A DNA stretch of 63,949 nt, filler included, from Reticulomyxa filosa (lineage: Eukaryota; Protista; Foraminifera), in assembly GCA_000512085.1 (NCBI GenBank). It is 16 parts of 16 records of this genome, joined end to end, with 100 filler letters (N's around TTAATTAATTAA, not from the genome) between each part and the next. Parts side by side here need not be neighbours in the genome. Positions count along the whole stretch, not along the records: positions 10,289 to 14,484 come from ASPP01000837.1; positions 14,585 to 26,174 come from ASPP01008946.1; 14 more parts are not named here. One strand, 5' to 3'. Below the pieces are notes generated by a model that ran no database searches, was not told where the DNA came from, and saw only the letters and a program-made list of their open reading frames with translations. The position numbers and the translations under genes were made by a program. Below are positions 13,104 to 24,300 of this stretch, in pieces. The first letter of the stretch is position 1; every line of letters starts with the position of its first letter.

Positions 13104-14484
13104 TTGGAGGAGACACGAAACAAAAAAAAGATGGATTCCTGGGAGGAAGCATTATCTTACATAAATGCATTGGATTCTCTGGCCTCATTTGCAAAATATG
13201 GAATACATTCACTCGAAGATTTAAGACCATTTGTCACACAACCTCGTTTGCATGAGAAGGTAGCGAGATACGGCAATATAACAGGTTCTCAAGTGCAACA
13301 GCTAATAGAGTACATGTCAGCGCATGAGCAATCACAAAATTATCAAGAAGGCACACTCCCCGTAGAAAAACAGGCGATAGAAGAGAGCAAAGAGAAAGAA
13401 ACACAGCCTAACAATGCGAAGCAATTTTCGAACAAGCCGTTTGAAGACCCGGTGAGTCAGTCGATTCAAATGTTCCAAGACATGTCAATCGACAGTAAGC
13501 AATGCGAATACTGGTTAAATTATGTTTTTATGTCAACTTTTTTTTTTTTGGATAAAAAAACTGTTTGTTTTGAAAAAAAAAATGACGGACTATAGTCAAA
13601 GACCAGTGAAGTCGTGGTTATATGAAAACCACACACGACACTGTGCAAAGAGTGCGCTAACAACAGCAAAAGCGACACATAGTCCAAATGCGAAGAATTA
13701 TCAAGCACAGCCCCATCCCAATAAAAAGATTGATCAAAGGCCATCAAATTCAAATGGTGAGAATGCTTTTGTTTGTCATTGTCATAATTTAATTTGTTTT
13801 ATAATATATATATATATATATAGTATATATATATATATTATAAAACAAATTAAATTATGACAATGACAAATTGTCCAATGTTAATACATCCTAATTATTA
13901 CCACATATGTGTACATGTTTAAAGAAATGACGGAAGAAGTGACGACAGTCAGTTGTCGAATATGCAGCGATCAAATCGACGTGAGTGAGTTAGAATCGCA
14001 CGAGGAGTATTGCGGGAGTCGGACGGAGGTGTGCGAGCACTGTCAACAACGAGTGACGAAAATAACGTTGTTGGACGGGAAGCATATTTGTTATGGTGAT
14101 GATCACAGCCACAGCAATAGCAATAACAATGAGGACAATAAGAATAAGAATAAGAATAAGAATAAGAATAAGAATAAAAATAAAAATAAGAATAAAAATA
14201 AGGATAGCAAAGATCAACGGGACCAGTGGATCGACTTGCAGTTCACTTATGACGACAGTGCAATTGTAAGTGAAAATGAAATCCCAAAGTTTGAAAAGCT
14301 GTTGTATCAACTCAAAGACATTTTGTACAGAGACACTAACTACGCTGACCTGCATTCGCATACCCAAATACACGACGAATGGGGTCATCGCAAGCCCGAT
14401 CACATTGTTCAACAGGATAAACTTGAACAAGTATCTGACTTTTTTTTTTTTTTTTTTTTTTTTTTGATTTTTTTTTTTTTTTAA
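13104..14484 (+). CDS. TRAF-type zinc-finger protein (TRAFD1/XAF1-like); multi-exon, partial
   Basis: CRICSDQIDVSELESHEEYCGSRTEVCEHCQQRV matches the XAF1/TRAFD1 finger pattern. An upstream finger (CEY.../...YENHTRHC) is split by an intron. Contains an (NK)n repeat. Confidence 0.6.
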
Positions 14485-14609
14485 NNNNNNNNNNNNNNNN
14501 NNNNNNNNNNNNNNNNNNNNNNNNNNNNTTAATTAATTAANNNNNNNNNNNNNNNNNNNNNNNNNNNNNNNNNNNNNNNNNNNNAAAAAAAAAACTACAT
14601 AAAAAAACA

Positions 14610-15339
14610 TTGCATACGCATACACACATTCCAACAACAAATGTGACCCGATCAAAGAAAGTAATCCGTGCCACAAGAGAAGAGTCAAAAATGCGAACTG
14701 CAGTGATTCGCATCGTGCTCTGGTCTGTCATTGCTTTAGTGACCACACTTGTACTGAACTTGTTGATCCTGAGTTTTGGTGCTTACAATTTGTCATCATT
14801 TGTCGTTTGCCTATTGACAATTGTTTGTTTGTTTTGTGTTCTCTCCTTTATACTATGTCTTTTATGTACTAATTTTCTCTACTTATTTTTTTTTTTTTGG
14901 TACCTTTTTTTTTTTTTTTTTTGACTGGTCCTGTTATCCAACATTTAAAACCCTTTCTTTCTTTTCTTATTCCACAGTGATTAGCGCATATTCAGTAATT
15001 TGCCAATTTGCTCCAATCCGTCGGAAAAACTTTGATCACTGCTATGCCATTTGCGTGATGATACATCTTTGCTGTTTGAATGAATGGAATAGCTCAAGCA
15101 ACATCAATGCAAGCTGCAGTTCCATGGAACGGGTTACTTTGACGCGCCCAGTTCAAAAGAAGCAACACAATGTGGAAACTATAACTGTCCATACTTCGCA
15201 AACGGACCCGCAGTGTACCCATAAAGTCTCTCTTCATCGTACTCCTTCCTCATCCGTCAATCCTCACGTTGAACCGGTCTCCACAACGTTGATACCCGTT
15301 GTCTTGTCTACTGTTGCCGAACACAAATGTGAAACGTGA
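14610..15339 (+). CDS. C-terminal part of a 7TM receptor-like protein
   Basis: Basic loop followed by TM helices (KMRTAVIRIVLWSVIALVTTLVLNLLILSFG; LSSFVVCLLT / VISAYSVICQF) and a Cys-rich/Ser-rich tail. Confidence 0.45.
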
Positions 15340-16018
15340 GACTAACTTTTTTTTTATTAATTTTGTTGTTTTTTTTTTTTTGACCATTGTTTTTTGTTTG
15401 TTTTGTTATTGATTATTTATCGTGTGATGCGTGACGATTGTTTTTCTTTCCTCATTAATTCACCTTTTTTTTCCTCCCCCCCCCCCTCCGCAGTAGTGTA
15501 TAAACAGTTTTTTTAAATTAAAAAAAAATAAGAAAGCATTGTTATCATTTATTTTGTGACATCTTTAATTCTTTTGTGAGTGCATAAGTGACACATCGAT
15601 CTCTTTTTTGTTTGCTTCTGTTTTTGGCTTGTTCGTTGCATGTACCCATCAATTTGTTCTTTTTGTTTTTTTCGTTGATTTTTTTGCTTTTCGTTTGCCT
15701 TTTTTTTTTGACCATTCAAGGGAAGGCTTCGTCAAGCACAAAACGGGCAAATAAGGAACTTCTTTGTCGCTTATCAGTGAAAATGCGTTAAATTTTTTTG
15801 CTTAATATTATTATCTTATGTTGTGGCGTTTTTAAGGAGCAAAAACTATCCTCAATATTCATGAGTGTTGTTCCACATTTTTTATTTTTCCTCTCGCAAC
15901 TATGCATTTGATTTTGCGTTTCGGTCCATCGAACTTTTTTTTTTTGTGGCCGAAAGGAAGCGTCTTTTTTTTTCTGCAAGCGGTTCATTTCTCCAATTGT
16001 TATTTGCTAAGAAGTAAG

Positions 16019-16620
16019 ATGACACAGCGGTCAAATCAGATAATGAAAAGCAATGACTCTATTATACTGAATGAACTGCTAAATAGCCATTTTCCTCCTG
16101 ACGTTGTTGTTAAGACTTGTTCCTGCTTATCCTTGGCATTCTTTTTAAAAAAGAGCAAAGGGAAGAAAAAAAACAAACTCATTGGCTTATGGATGCGCTC
16201 TATCTAAAAAAAAAAGCGCTGTGCTTGTCTGTAAATCGAAAAAAGGTTCGAGTGTCTCCTTTGATAAGAAGTTATCTTGATAAATCGACAGAAGCAAATG
16301 TGATCAAAGAAAGACCACACATGACTTGTGGTAATTTATCAACGACTCGACAAATGGAATATGAACGGATGAGAAAGCATTTTATCGCGTCCAGAAATGG
16401 TCTCGAACAACAAGCATTTCATTCGCCTCATTCGAGTTCCCACAGCATGTCGTCATCTTCGTTTTCGGTTGTATCGTCAAACAGCAGCCTTTCTCTCACA
16501 CGCGAGTACTCGTGTCGGTCTTCGTCATCACTGTCCTTGTCTCGGCCAAACACTGACTCCGAAGTCTCTCATCCAAATAACCGGCAGCTCTCGGTTGCAA
16601 ATTTTTGGTACACCTTTTAA
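16019..16620 (+). CDS. Hypothetical Ser-rich protein
   Basis: Overlapping ORFs 15902-16207 and 16117-16620, probably intron-separated. No recognisable motif. Confidence 0.3.
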
Positions 16621-17423
16621 TTTTTTTCCGATTATTAAATACAAAACAACACAATACAAAATCGGGTTTGGGAAAAGGGGGGGGGGGGGAAAGAGGGACA
16701 GGAAAATTCTTTGCTTTTTTTTGGGGTTGTTACTTTTATTTTATTTTATTTTTTTGGTGATTGCTAATATTTTTTTTTTTTGATTTGTTTCGTGCTCGAC
16801 CGTTGGAGATGGCAAATTGAGACGATAGTCTCACCATCGATGCAACAAACATACGTGGATTGTATTTTTTGTTTGTTGTACTATGACTTTTGCCTTTTTG
16901 TATTGTATGTTTTGCTTGTTTTTTTTATATGTAGATACTTCTTTCTGCAACAGTATTGGAGCGTCTTGTTTTGTTTCTTTTCGAAATTCAACTCGTAAGC
17001 TCATATTCAAACTCAGCCTTTTTTTTGTCGCTCTACTACCTTCTATACGTATTCTATGATAAGGTCGCATTGCCAAATCCTATCCTTTTTTCCATGAACA
17101 AAGCAGTGTGGCTTAGCAAAAATACTAAAGTACTGACGATTAAAGTTCGATGAATATCAGACCTTTTTCTCGAAACTATTTTCAGTTGTTTGTGCCTTGT
17201 TATTTTCTCGTATATATTTACAATTACATTAGCATTTATTTACATACATCAACGAAGGCATTTTTACAGTTTTCATGATAAAAAAGTTTTACTTTTTAAA
17301 ATGTTCAAGAAGCCAGTATTGGACTTGTGAAAAATCCCCGCAGATCGTGATTTGAAATTTTATTTTAAAATTTTTGAACGAGAGATTTTTTTGAATAAAA
17401 TGTTTAAGTGAATAAATTCCATA

Positions 17424-19706
17424 ATGTCGTTCAAAGCGTATATTAAGGAGAATTTGAAGGAGTATACAATAATGTTGGAGGAACTGACAGTCAAAAACTT
17501 GCAATGCCAAATCAGGCAAGTTACTGGGCCAACGTCAAACGACGAAACGTCAATGGACATTACTGACGAAGATGGCTGTTATATCAAAACTGATAAAGAT
17601 GTGGTGGACGCTTTTAAAAAAGATTCTGTATTTTTTACCGTTCATGTTCGATCAAGTTTTGATATTTTTGTTTTAATATCAGTTTTGGTTTTGATGCAAA
17701 GATCAAAAAAATATACTAACAGAGCTCGAATCGAAAGAGGAAATAGATGAAAAAAGGCAAACAACATTGTCATGTGAAGTAAAAAATCCATTGATATTAT
17801 TGACTGGAGCAATGCGATATGAACAACATGCATATTTGGAAGGTGCAAAACAAGATATATATTTATTGCGAGCATTGTTTGAACAAGGCTTTGGTTATCA
17901 AGTATTCAGTACATTTGATCCTCAAAATTCAATTACTGAATCGCTCACCTCAAATGGATTGAATGCTTTCATTTACGAACATTGTGCAAATCTGACAAAT
18001 AATGCCAACAGCCAAACTGCCTATGATGGACTTATATTTGTTTGGTGTGGATATGGAGGATTTGATATTGATAGCAATACATTAATAACAAGTGACAACA
18101 AAACCAAATATTTTAAAGACATCCAACAAATTTGTATGACAAAAACTCAATTCCTTGTGGAAAAACCAAAGGTATTCATAAACATTACATATAGACAGCC
18201 GAATGGAACAAATTATATCAAAAATAAAAGTAATGTAGAAGAACAAAATGTTCAAAATCAACCATGGCATCATTGTAATGCAAAAGCATTTACCATTTTT
18301 GCAAATGTCATTGAAAGAGTAATTACCAATAGTTTTGAAAATAAAAGTGAAAATGCAAAAAGAGAAAGTTATTTCACTGAAGCTTTTTGTCAAATCGCTA
18401 AACAAAATGCAGACAAGAGTTTGAAATTTATTTTCGAGCAAGTTACAAATTCCATACTAGATCCAACATTTAGCACAGAAGTCGTCGAAACAATTCCAGC
18501 ATCTTATTTTGATATATATTTGACACCAAGACTACGTTCTGATAAACAAGAAATACAGTCAGTTACAAACGATCCTGTTGTAGAAACTTTGGATTTTAAA
18601 AAGCACTGGAATAGAGATTGGAAGAAATCAAATGCAGAAGCAGCCAGAAGGCTCAAGCAAATGATCAAAGACAATGAACAAGGGTTGATTATTATCGCCA
18701 AAAGTATTTCTGAATTGCAAGCCACAACAGATTCAAATTTGGTAAGAATCGATCGTGATGCGTCTTCATTCATCGCTTTGATAAATAACAGCAAAACTGA
18801 AAAAAAACATTTGGGGAATATTCGATGTATGTGGTCAAAAGTAAATTGGTGATATTGGATCAAGTGAATATTGATGGAAATGTGCTTTCAGTCAATTGTG
18901 AACTTCAATGCAAAGAAAATACCAATATTACAACTCAATTGTTTGTTACAAAAAATAGTATTGTTCATTGTAAGTGTATCTCACCGATTCAATGGGACTC
19001 CACATTACATCATGATATTCCGGTACAATTACAAAATCTTCAAAACCAAGCTAATTATTGTTCAGAAAATACACTCTTTGATGGTGCAATTCTTCATTTG
19101 CAGACAGCTTTGCAAATTTCTATGGACACGTTTGGATTAAATCATCCTCATGTTGCCGATTTCTGCAACAATATTGGAAATGCATATAGCAAAAAAGGAC
19201 GCCATTCCAAAGCAATCGAATGCTATAAAAAAACATTGAAAATCTATTTGTCCATTTTTGGAAGTGTTCATTCACACGTTGCTGATTTATACTATAATTT
19301 AGGGCGTGTTTATAAAAAAAAAGGGGATTATGACAAATCAATTGAATTCTACGAAAAGGCATTAAAAATATACTTGCAGTTATTTGGCATCAATCACATT
19401 GACATTGCTGAGACTTATAACAATTTAGGCAATGCATATAGCGGGAGGGGTAATCATGACAAATCGATTGATTGCCATCAAAAGGCACTGAAAATAAGAA
19501 AAGAATTCTTTGGAAATACAAATCAAGGGGTTGGAGATTCATGTTGGAATTTGGGATTGGTGCTTGAGAAATCAGCAGAAAAAAAGACTGCATGTGAATA
19601 TTTTGAAGAATCATGGAGAATATACAGTATTGTCTTGGGAGAATGGGATGAAGTAACATTGCAAGCAAAAGAAAAGGTAATAAAACTGAGCAAAGAGCTT
19701 ATATGA
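17424..19706 (+). CDS. PB1/CIDE-N-like domain + catalytically inactive caspase-like (C14-fold) domain + TPR array
   Basis: Exon 1 17424-17655, intron 17656-17722. Caspase-fold motifs NPLILLTGAMRY..LEGAKQDI..L..LF, YDGLIFVWCGYG, KPKVFINITYR, ESYFTEAF. C-terminal kinesin-light-chain-type TPRs (HPHVADFCNNIGNAY...). 1-nt frameshift in the A-run near 18800-18807. Confidence 0.8.
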
Positions 19707-20294
19707 GAGAGAAAAAACGGTTCCTTTCTTGTTACAACTTTAATATCTATGAAGTATCCATTTTGCTTGGCGAAACAAATTATTAATACTGATATCTTCA
19801 ATATTAAAGGATATAAACTGGAGTAGGCAACAGTTTAAAAACATATAAATCATCTAGTTGGAAAAACTCATAGACTAGAGAATAAACATTTCTAGTTTGT
19901 GGAGCAGACGAAACTTTTGAACGTGTAAATATTCATGTTTGTTTTTTTAAATAAAAAAAAGCTTGAGTAAATCAATTATGAGTCATTGTGCAAAGACTGC
20001 CTTTCATTGATAAGCAATAAACACAAACATACCAACACAGCAAATGAGAGACTTAGTAAATCTAAAAATGTATCTGAATTTAATAAAAGTGAAATTGTTA
20101 TTGTTTCCATATTTTGAAAATTTGACAAGCATTGAAGATTGTTGATGTGCAAAACTATCTATTTCGAATGTATAATGGGAAATATGTCTCTGAGAATAAG
20201 GCTGTTCTTGTGTGCTGTATCATTCAGCAAATTCAAATTGAAATAAGCAAAAATTTTTTTACCGACTCATATCACAACTCAAACTTGAAAAAGT

Positions 20295-23285
20295 CTACTT
20301 AATGTATTGTTTCACAAATTTTAAAACCCTTGAGCCCGACGTTGTCAATTCCACGTTTGTAAATGCACTCGCCCAAGTGGAATGATATTGAATATTTCCA
20401 CAAAAGACCAGTACTGGACAACTCAGCTTTAATTCATCGCGAACCCTTGCTAAAAAAATTTTAGCCTGTTCTGCTCCATTTGTGATTACAACAGTACTGT
20501 CACTTTTGGCTTTTCGCACTTTCAAAATGTTTATTGCTGCCTCAGTAGTAGTAGCGCAGTACAACATACCGTGCAAATTTTTCAAATATTCTTGTATGTT
20601 TTTGCAAACTCCAGAATTTTCAGAATTTTCAATCTTGGTATCTCTCCTGTAATTCACATTCAAGACAAACGTAAGAGAAATCATAACATGAAGTGACACA
20701 TCAAGAACACAAAAAACTTACCACACCACAATTGGCATTTTAACGCTCAAAGTAACAGTGAAAACAGGTAAAAGAGGACGACCATCACGAATGCAATATT
20801 CGTCATAAATAAGATCACCAGAAATTGAACCGTTGGAATTAACACGTACGTAGTGAGAATCAAAACCAGAAGTGATTTCTTGACCATCCATGCGGTGGTC
20901 AATCTCTTTGATTTTCCCACAATTGGCAAGGAAACACAACATAGTAAAAGTGCCAGGACGAATCTTTTGATCCTCTTTGTAAGCCCAAGCGTAATAAGCA
21001 GCATATCGAGGAAAAGAAGTGAAATAATGACCTTTGCCATACCAACCATTATCGGTTTTACTAATTTGGTTAAGACCCAAATCAAGGATGTCTAGTAAAG
21101 TAAATAATTATGTAATTATGATAAAAAAAAAGAAAAATAAACACAAAAAAAAATTTAAAACTTGGTATATTTTTCAATCTAGTGGCTTTAAATAATGCCA
21201 TTGAATCGTGATAATCCTCATTTTTGTGTATTTGCAAAAATTGATTTTTAAGTGTTTCATTATATACAATAACAACACTTGTAATTTCAAATTCCTCAGG
21301 ACCTTGTTTAAGAGAGTCAAGAACAATAGGTTGTAATTCTTCCGTTTTTTTAGCAAGCCATTTTTCGAATTCAGATAAAGAATGTAAATCAATTTTAGAT
21401 TGTATATTAGGGAAAGGATTAACAGTAGAGGATTTACTTATAAAGTAATCAACCATATCTGCCTTTTTAATAATTTTAACATCTACTCCAGGAAATACAC
21501 TATCATTTGTTGTTTCTAGTGTATCATTTATTTGTTGCACTAAATGACTACAATATACTTTTACATCAGCACCTGGTATTTTATTTTGTAAAATCTTGAA
21601 CATGACACCAATATAAGTAGAGCCACTTTCTAATGTAATCAATATTAAATGTTGTCGTGGGAAACCCATTTTCTTAGCTAATGCTTGTAAATATTCTTCT
21701 TGTTTTTCTTCAAATTCTGGCAATTCAACTGAGAGACCCCATTGAACATGGACAAAGAGAGCATCTTCAGAAGTAGAGGGAGGTATAACAGGAATAGTTG
21801 GATTATCTTCAGGTGCAGAAGAAGAAGAAATAACAGAATTAAATACAGAAAGATCTGGCTCTATTCTTTCAAATGACCAGATATTATTGTCAATAGGTAT
21901 CAATTTATCATTTAATACTGAAGCATATTTTACTGTACCATATGCCACCACTTCATCACTTTTAATTGTATCCCAAATGTAACACTTTTGTGAAATGGCT
22001 GAAACAGAAATACGAATTAATGTATTGACTTTAGGAATTACAATAGATCCACCTGCCATAATTATATCAGTAATTTGTGAGATTGGAATTTTACTTTCTT
22101 TTGATACTTGTGTAATGGCATTTATGGGTAACTTGAAAATATCATTACATAAAAATTCAAATCTTTTATATGTACATACATATATTATATTTTTTAAATA
22201 ATATTAATACACATTATACACAGACTCTACATTTTTTTCAAAACTTTTCTTGTGTCATCACTAATTCAAAATTAATTCCTTCCGTTATTGATTCTACATT
22301 TATTGTTGCTAATTTTTTGGTACTTAATTTATGCTTTAATATGTTACATGCTTTTTTTAATTTTTCCATTGCTTTTTTATTTGTTTGTATTTTAATTTGA
22401 TTTTTATTTTCAAATTCATTTATAAAATAATTCATTAATTTATCTGTATATGCATCTCCTCCTAATACTCTTACTTCTGCTTTTATTATCATTGCCTCTT
22501 CTGTTATTGATATTAATGTTACTGTAGTATTTTTTTTACCCATATTTATAACTAATACTTGTTTATTTATATTTAATTTTGTGTTTAATCCATAAGCTAT
22601 CAATGTTGCTATACTTTCATCAATTGTTATTAATGATTGTAATCCAATATTATCAGCAACAAGGGAATTTATTATTGGTTTCTGTTTATTTTATTATTAT
22701 TCATTCTCACTCTAAATATATTTATTATACATATATATATTGTTTTTTTTTTGGAGTATGTTTTTTTTTGGAGTGATATTTAATCTTTCTTTTTTAAAAA
22801 AGATTCTATACACATATAACCTTTTTTCTTTCTTTTTTTTCATCTTCTGCTTCTCCTTCTTCCGTTCCTTCCCATATCTCTGGTATTGATACTACTGCTG
22901 CTTTCATCTCCATTTCTGTATCACTCTCAATTCTTTTTTTCATATATTCTACAAATAATGATATTATTTGTTCTTTTGTTATTCCTTTTTCCATTATTTC
23001 TCTATTTATTAATTTCCATAATTCATATGTTTCTTCTTTCTTTATTCCATATACTTCAGCTTCATTTCCAAATAATACTTCTTCTTTTTTTTCTTTTCCA
23101 TCATTTTTCATTATTATATATGATGGTATACTTATTTTTACTTCTTTCTTTCCATCACTCCAAATTGCAATGCTTTTATTTGCACCAATTGATAATCCAA
23201 AACAGTGCTTTTCTACTTTTTCAATTTCTTTTAATTTCTCGTCTTCTATTGATACTTCAGAAAATGAAGCTTCAACAAGCTGCAT
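20295..23285 (-). CDS. Fusion protein: degenerate Hsp70 NBD + SEA/TRADD-N-like domain + PARP-family ADP-ribosyltransferase + receiver-like C-terminal domain; 5 exons
   Basis: Hsp70 motifs AAVVSIP, IDESIATLIAYGL, LGGDAYTDKLMNYF, MTQEKFEFLCNDIF, IIMAGGSIVIPKV, SDEVVAYGTVKYA. ART motifs LFKAT, DNGWYGKGHYFT, GFDSHYV, DEYCI..LLP. GT-AG introns at about 22682-22820, 22164-22244, 21092-21161 and 20647-20721 keep the frame. Confidence 0.8.
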
Positions 23286-23631
23286 TTCTTTTTTTTTTAA
23301 GTAATTCACAACAACAAAACAAGAATTCAGAGTCACAAGTGTAACAAACAAAAGCTCAACTGCACCCTCTTTACTCACTTTTAAAATACCATTAATTTTA
23401 CTACTTTTTCTTTTTAATAGGAATTTTTCGTCTAGAATACCAATTTGAATGTAGATAAATTTTTTAGGGAAATTAAACACTTTTAGATGCTCAAAAGACT
23501 GATTTTCGATATGAAAACCAATTTTCATCGGAATAAATATCTATTTTTAAAGTAAGTGTTATTGAGTGACATGAAGTTTTGGTCTTGAAACTTTCAGCAT
23601 GAAATAAATTAAATGAAAAAAAAGTAAATAT

Positions 23632-23867
23632 TGTGAGACGTCAGCCAGAAAAGAGTTCGCACTAAATGTAATACGAAAGTGCTTTTTTGCTCAAAGAGCC
23701 TGATTGTCAACAAACAAGTAAATTAAAACAAATTAAAGAGAAATGACACGAAAAAGAGGAAAACAAAAACAAGGCAAAGTGAAGAAGGTTGTAAAGGAAG
23801 TTTAACCCACTGGGGGTTCCTCGGGTCCTCCTGAGTTCAAACATTTAGAATAGGGACTTGTACTACA
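23632..23867 (+). repeat. Dispersed repeat family B copy with TG...CA ends
   Basis: Runs TGTGAGACG...TACTACA; homologous to 11610-11827 and more weakly to ~27770-27925. Confidence 0.6.
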
Positions 23868-24300
23868 CATGAAACAGAATAATAGAAACTAACAACTTTT
23901 CGAATTATGATAATTTTTTTTGGGATAAACTTGTGCACTGTACCCTTTGATTTTTTGTGGTAATATTGTTCGTAATTTACTATAAATCAAGCTATCTTGC
24001 ACATTTTATTTGACTTTATATCATGTAGTAATAATTTTTTGTTTTTGATCAAAATCGTTGAAATGTTTTTTTGTAAAATAGCACTCTTTTGCATGAATTT
24101 GTCGATTTGTTTTTGATCATCGAAAAAGTTGAATATATTTTCAAACGAAATTTATTCCAAAACAATTGAATGTTATTACACCTCACACTCCAAAACGTCA
24201 CAATGAATTGCATGTACAAAAAAGCGACACTTTAGAACGACGAAGTGACAAACAACCAAAAATTGGGAAATATCAGTTAAAAATAAAAACATAAAATCTT

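Noticed and set aside
18795-18815. Programmed ribosomal frameshifting (also near 4805, 10930 and 60560)
   Set aside because: All four single-base shifts fall in or beside homopolymer runs, the typical pyrosequencing error. The paralogue at 44930-47215 is continuous through the equivalent region.
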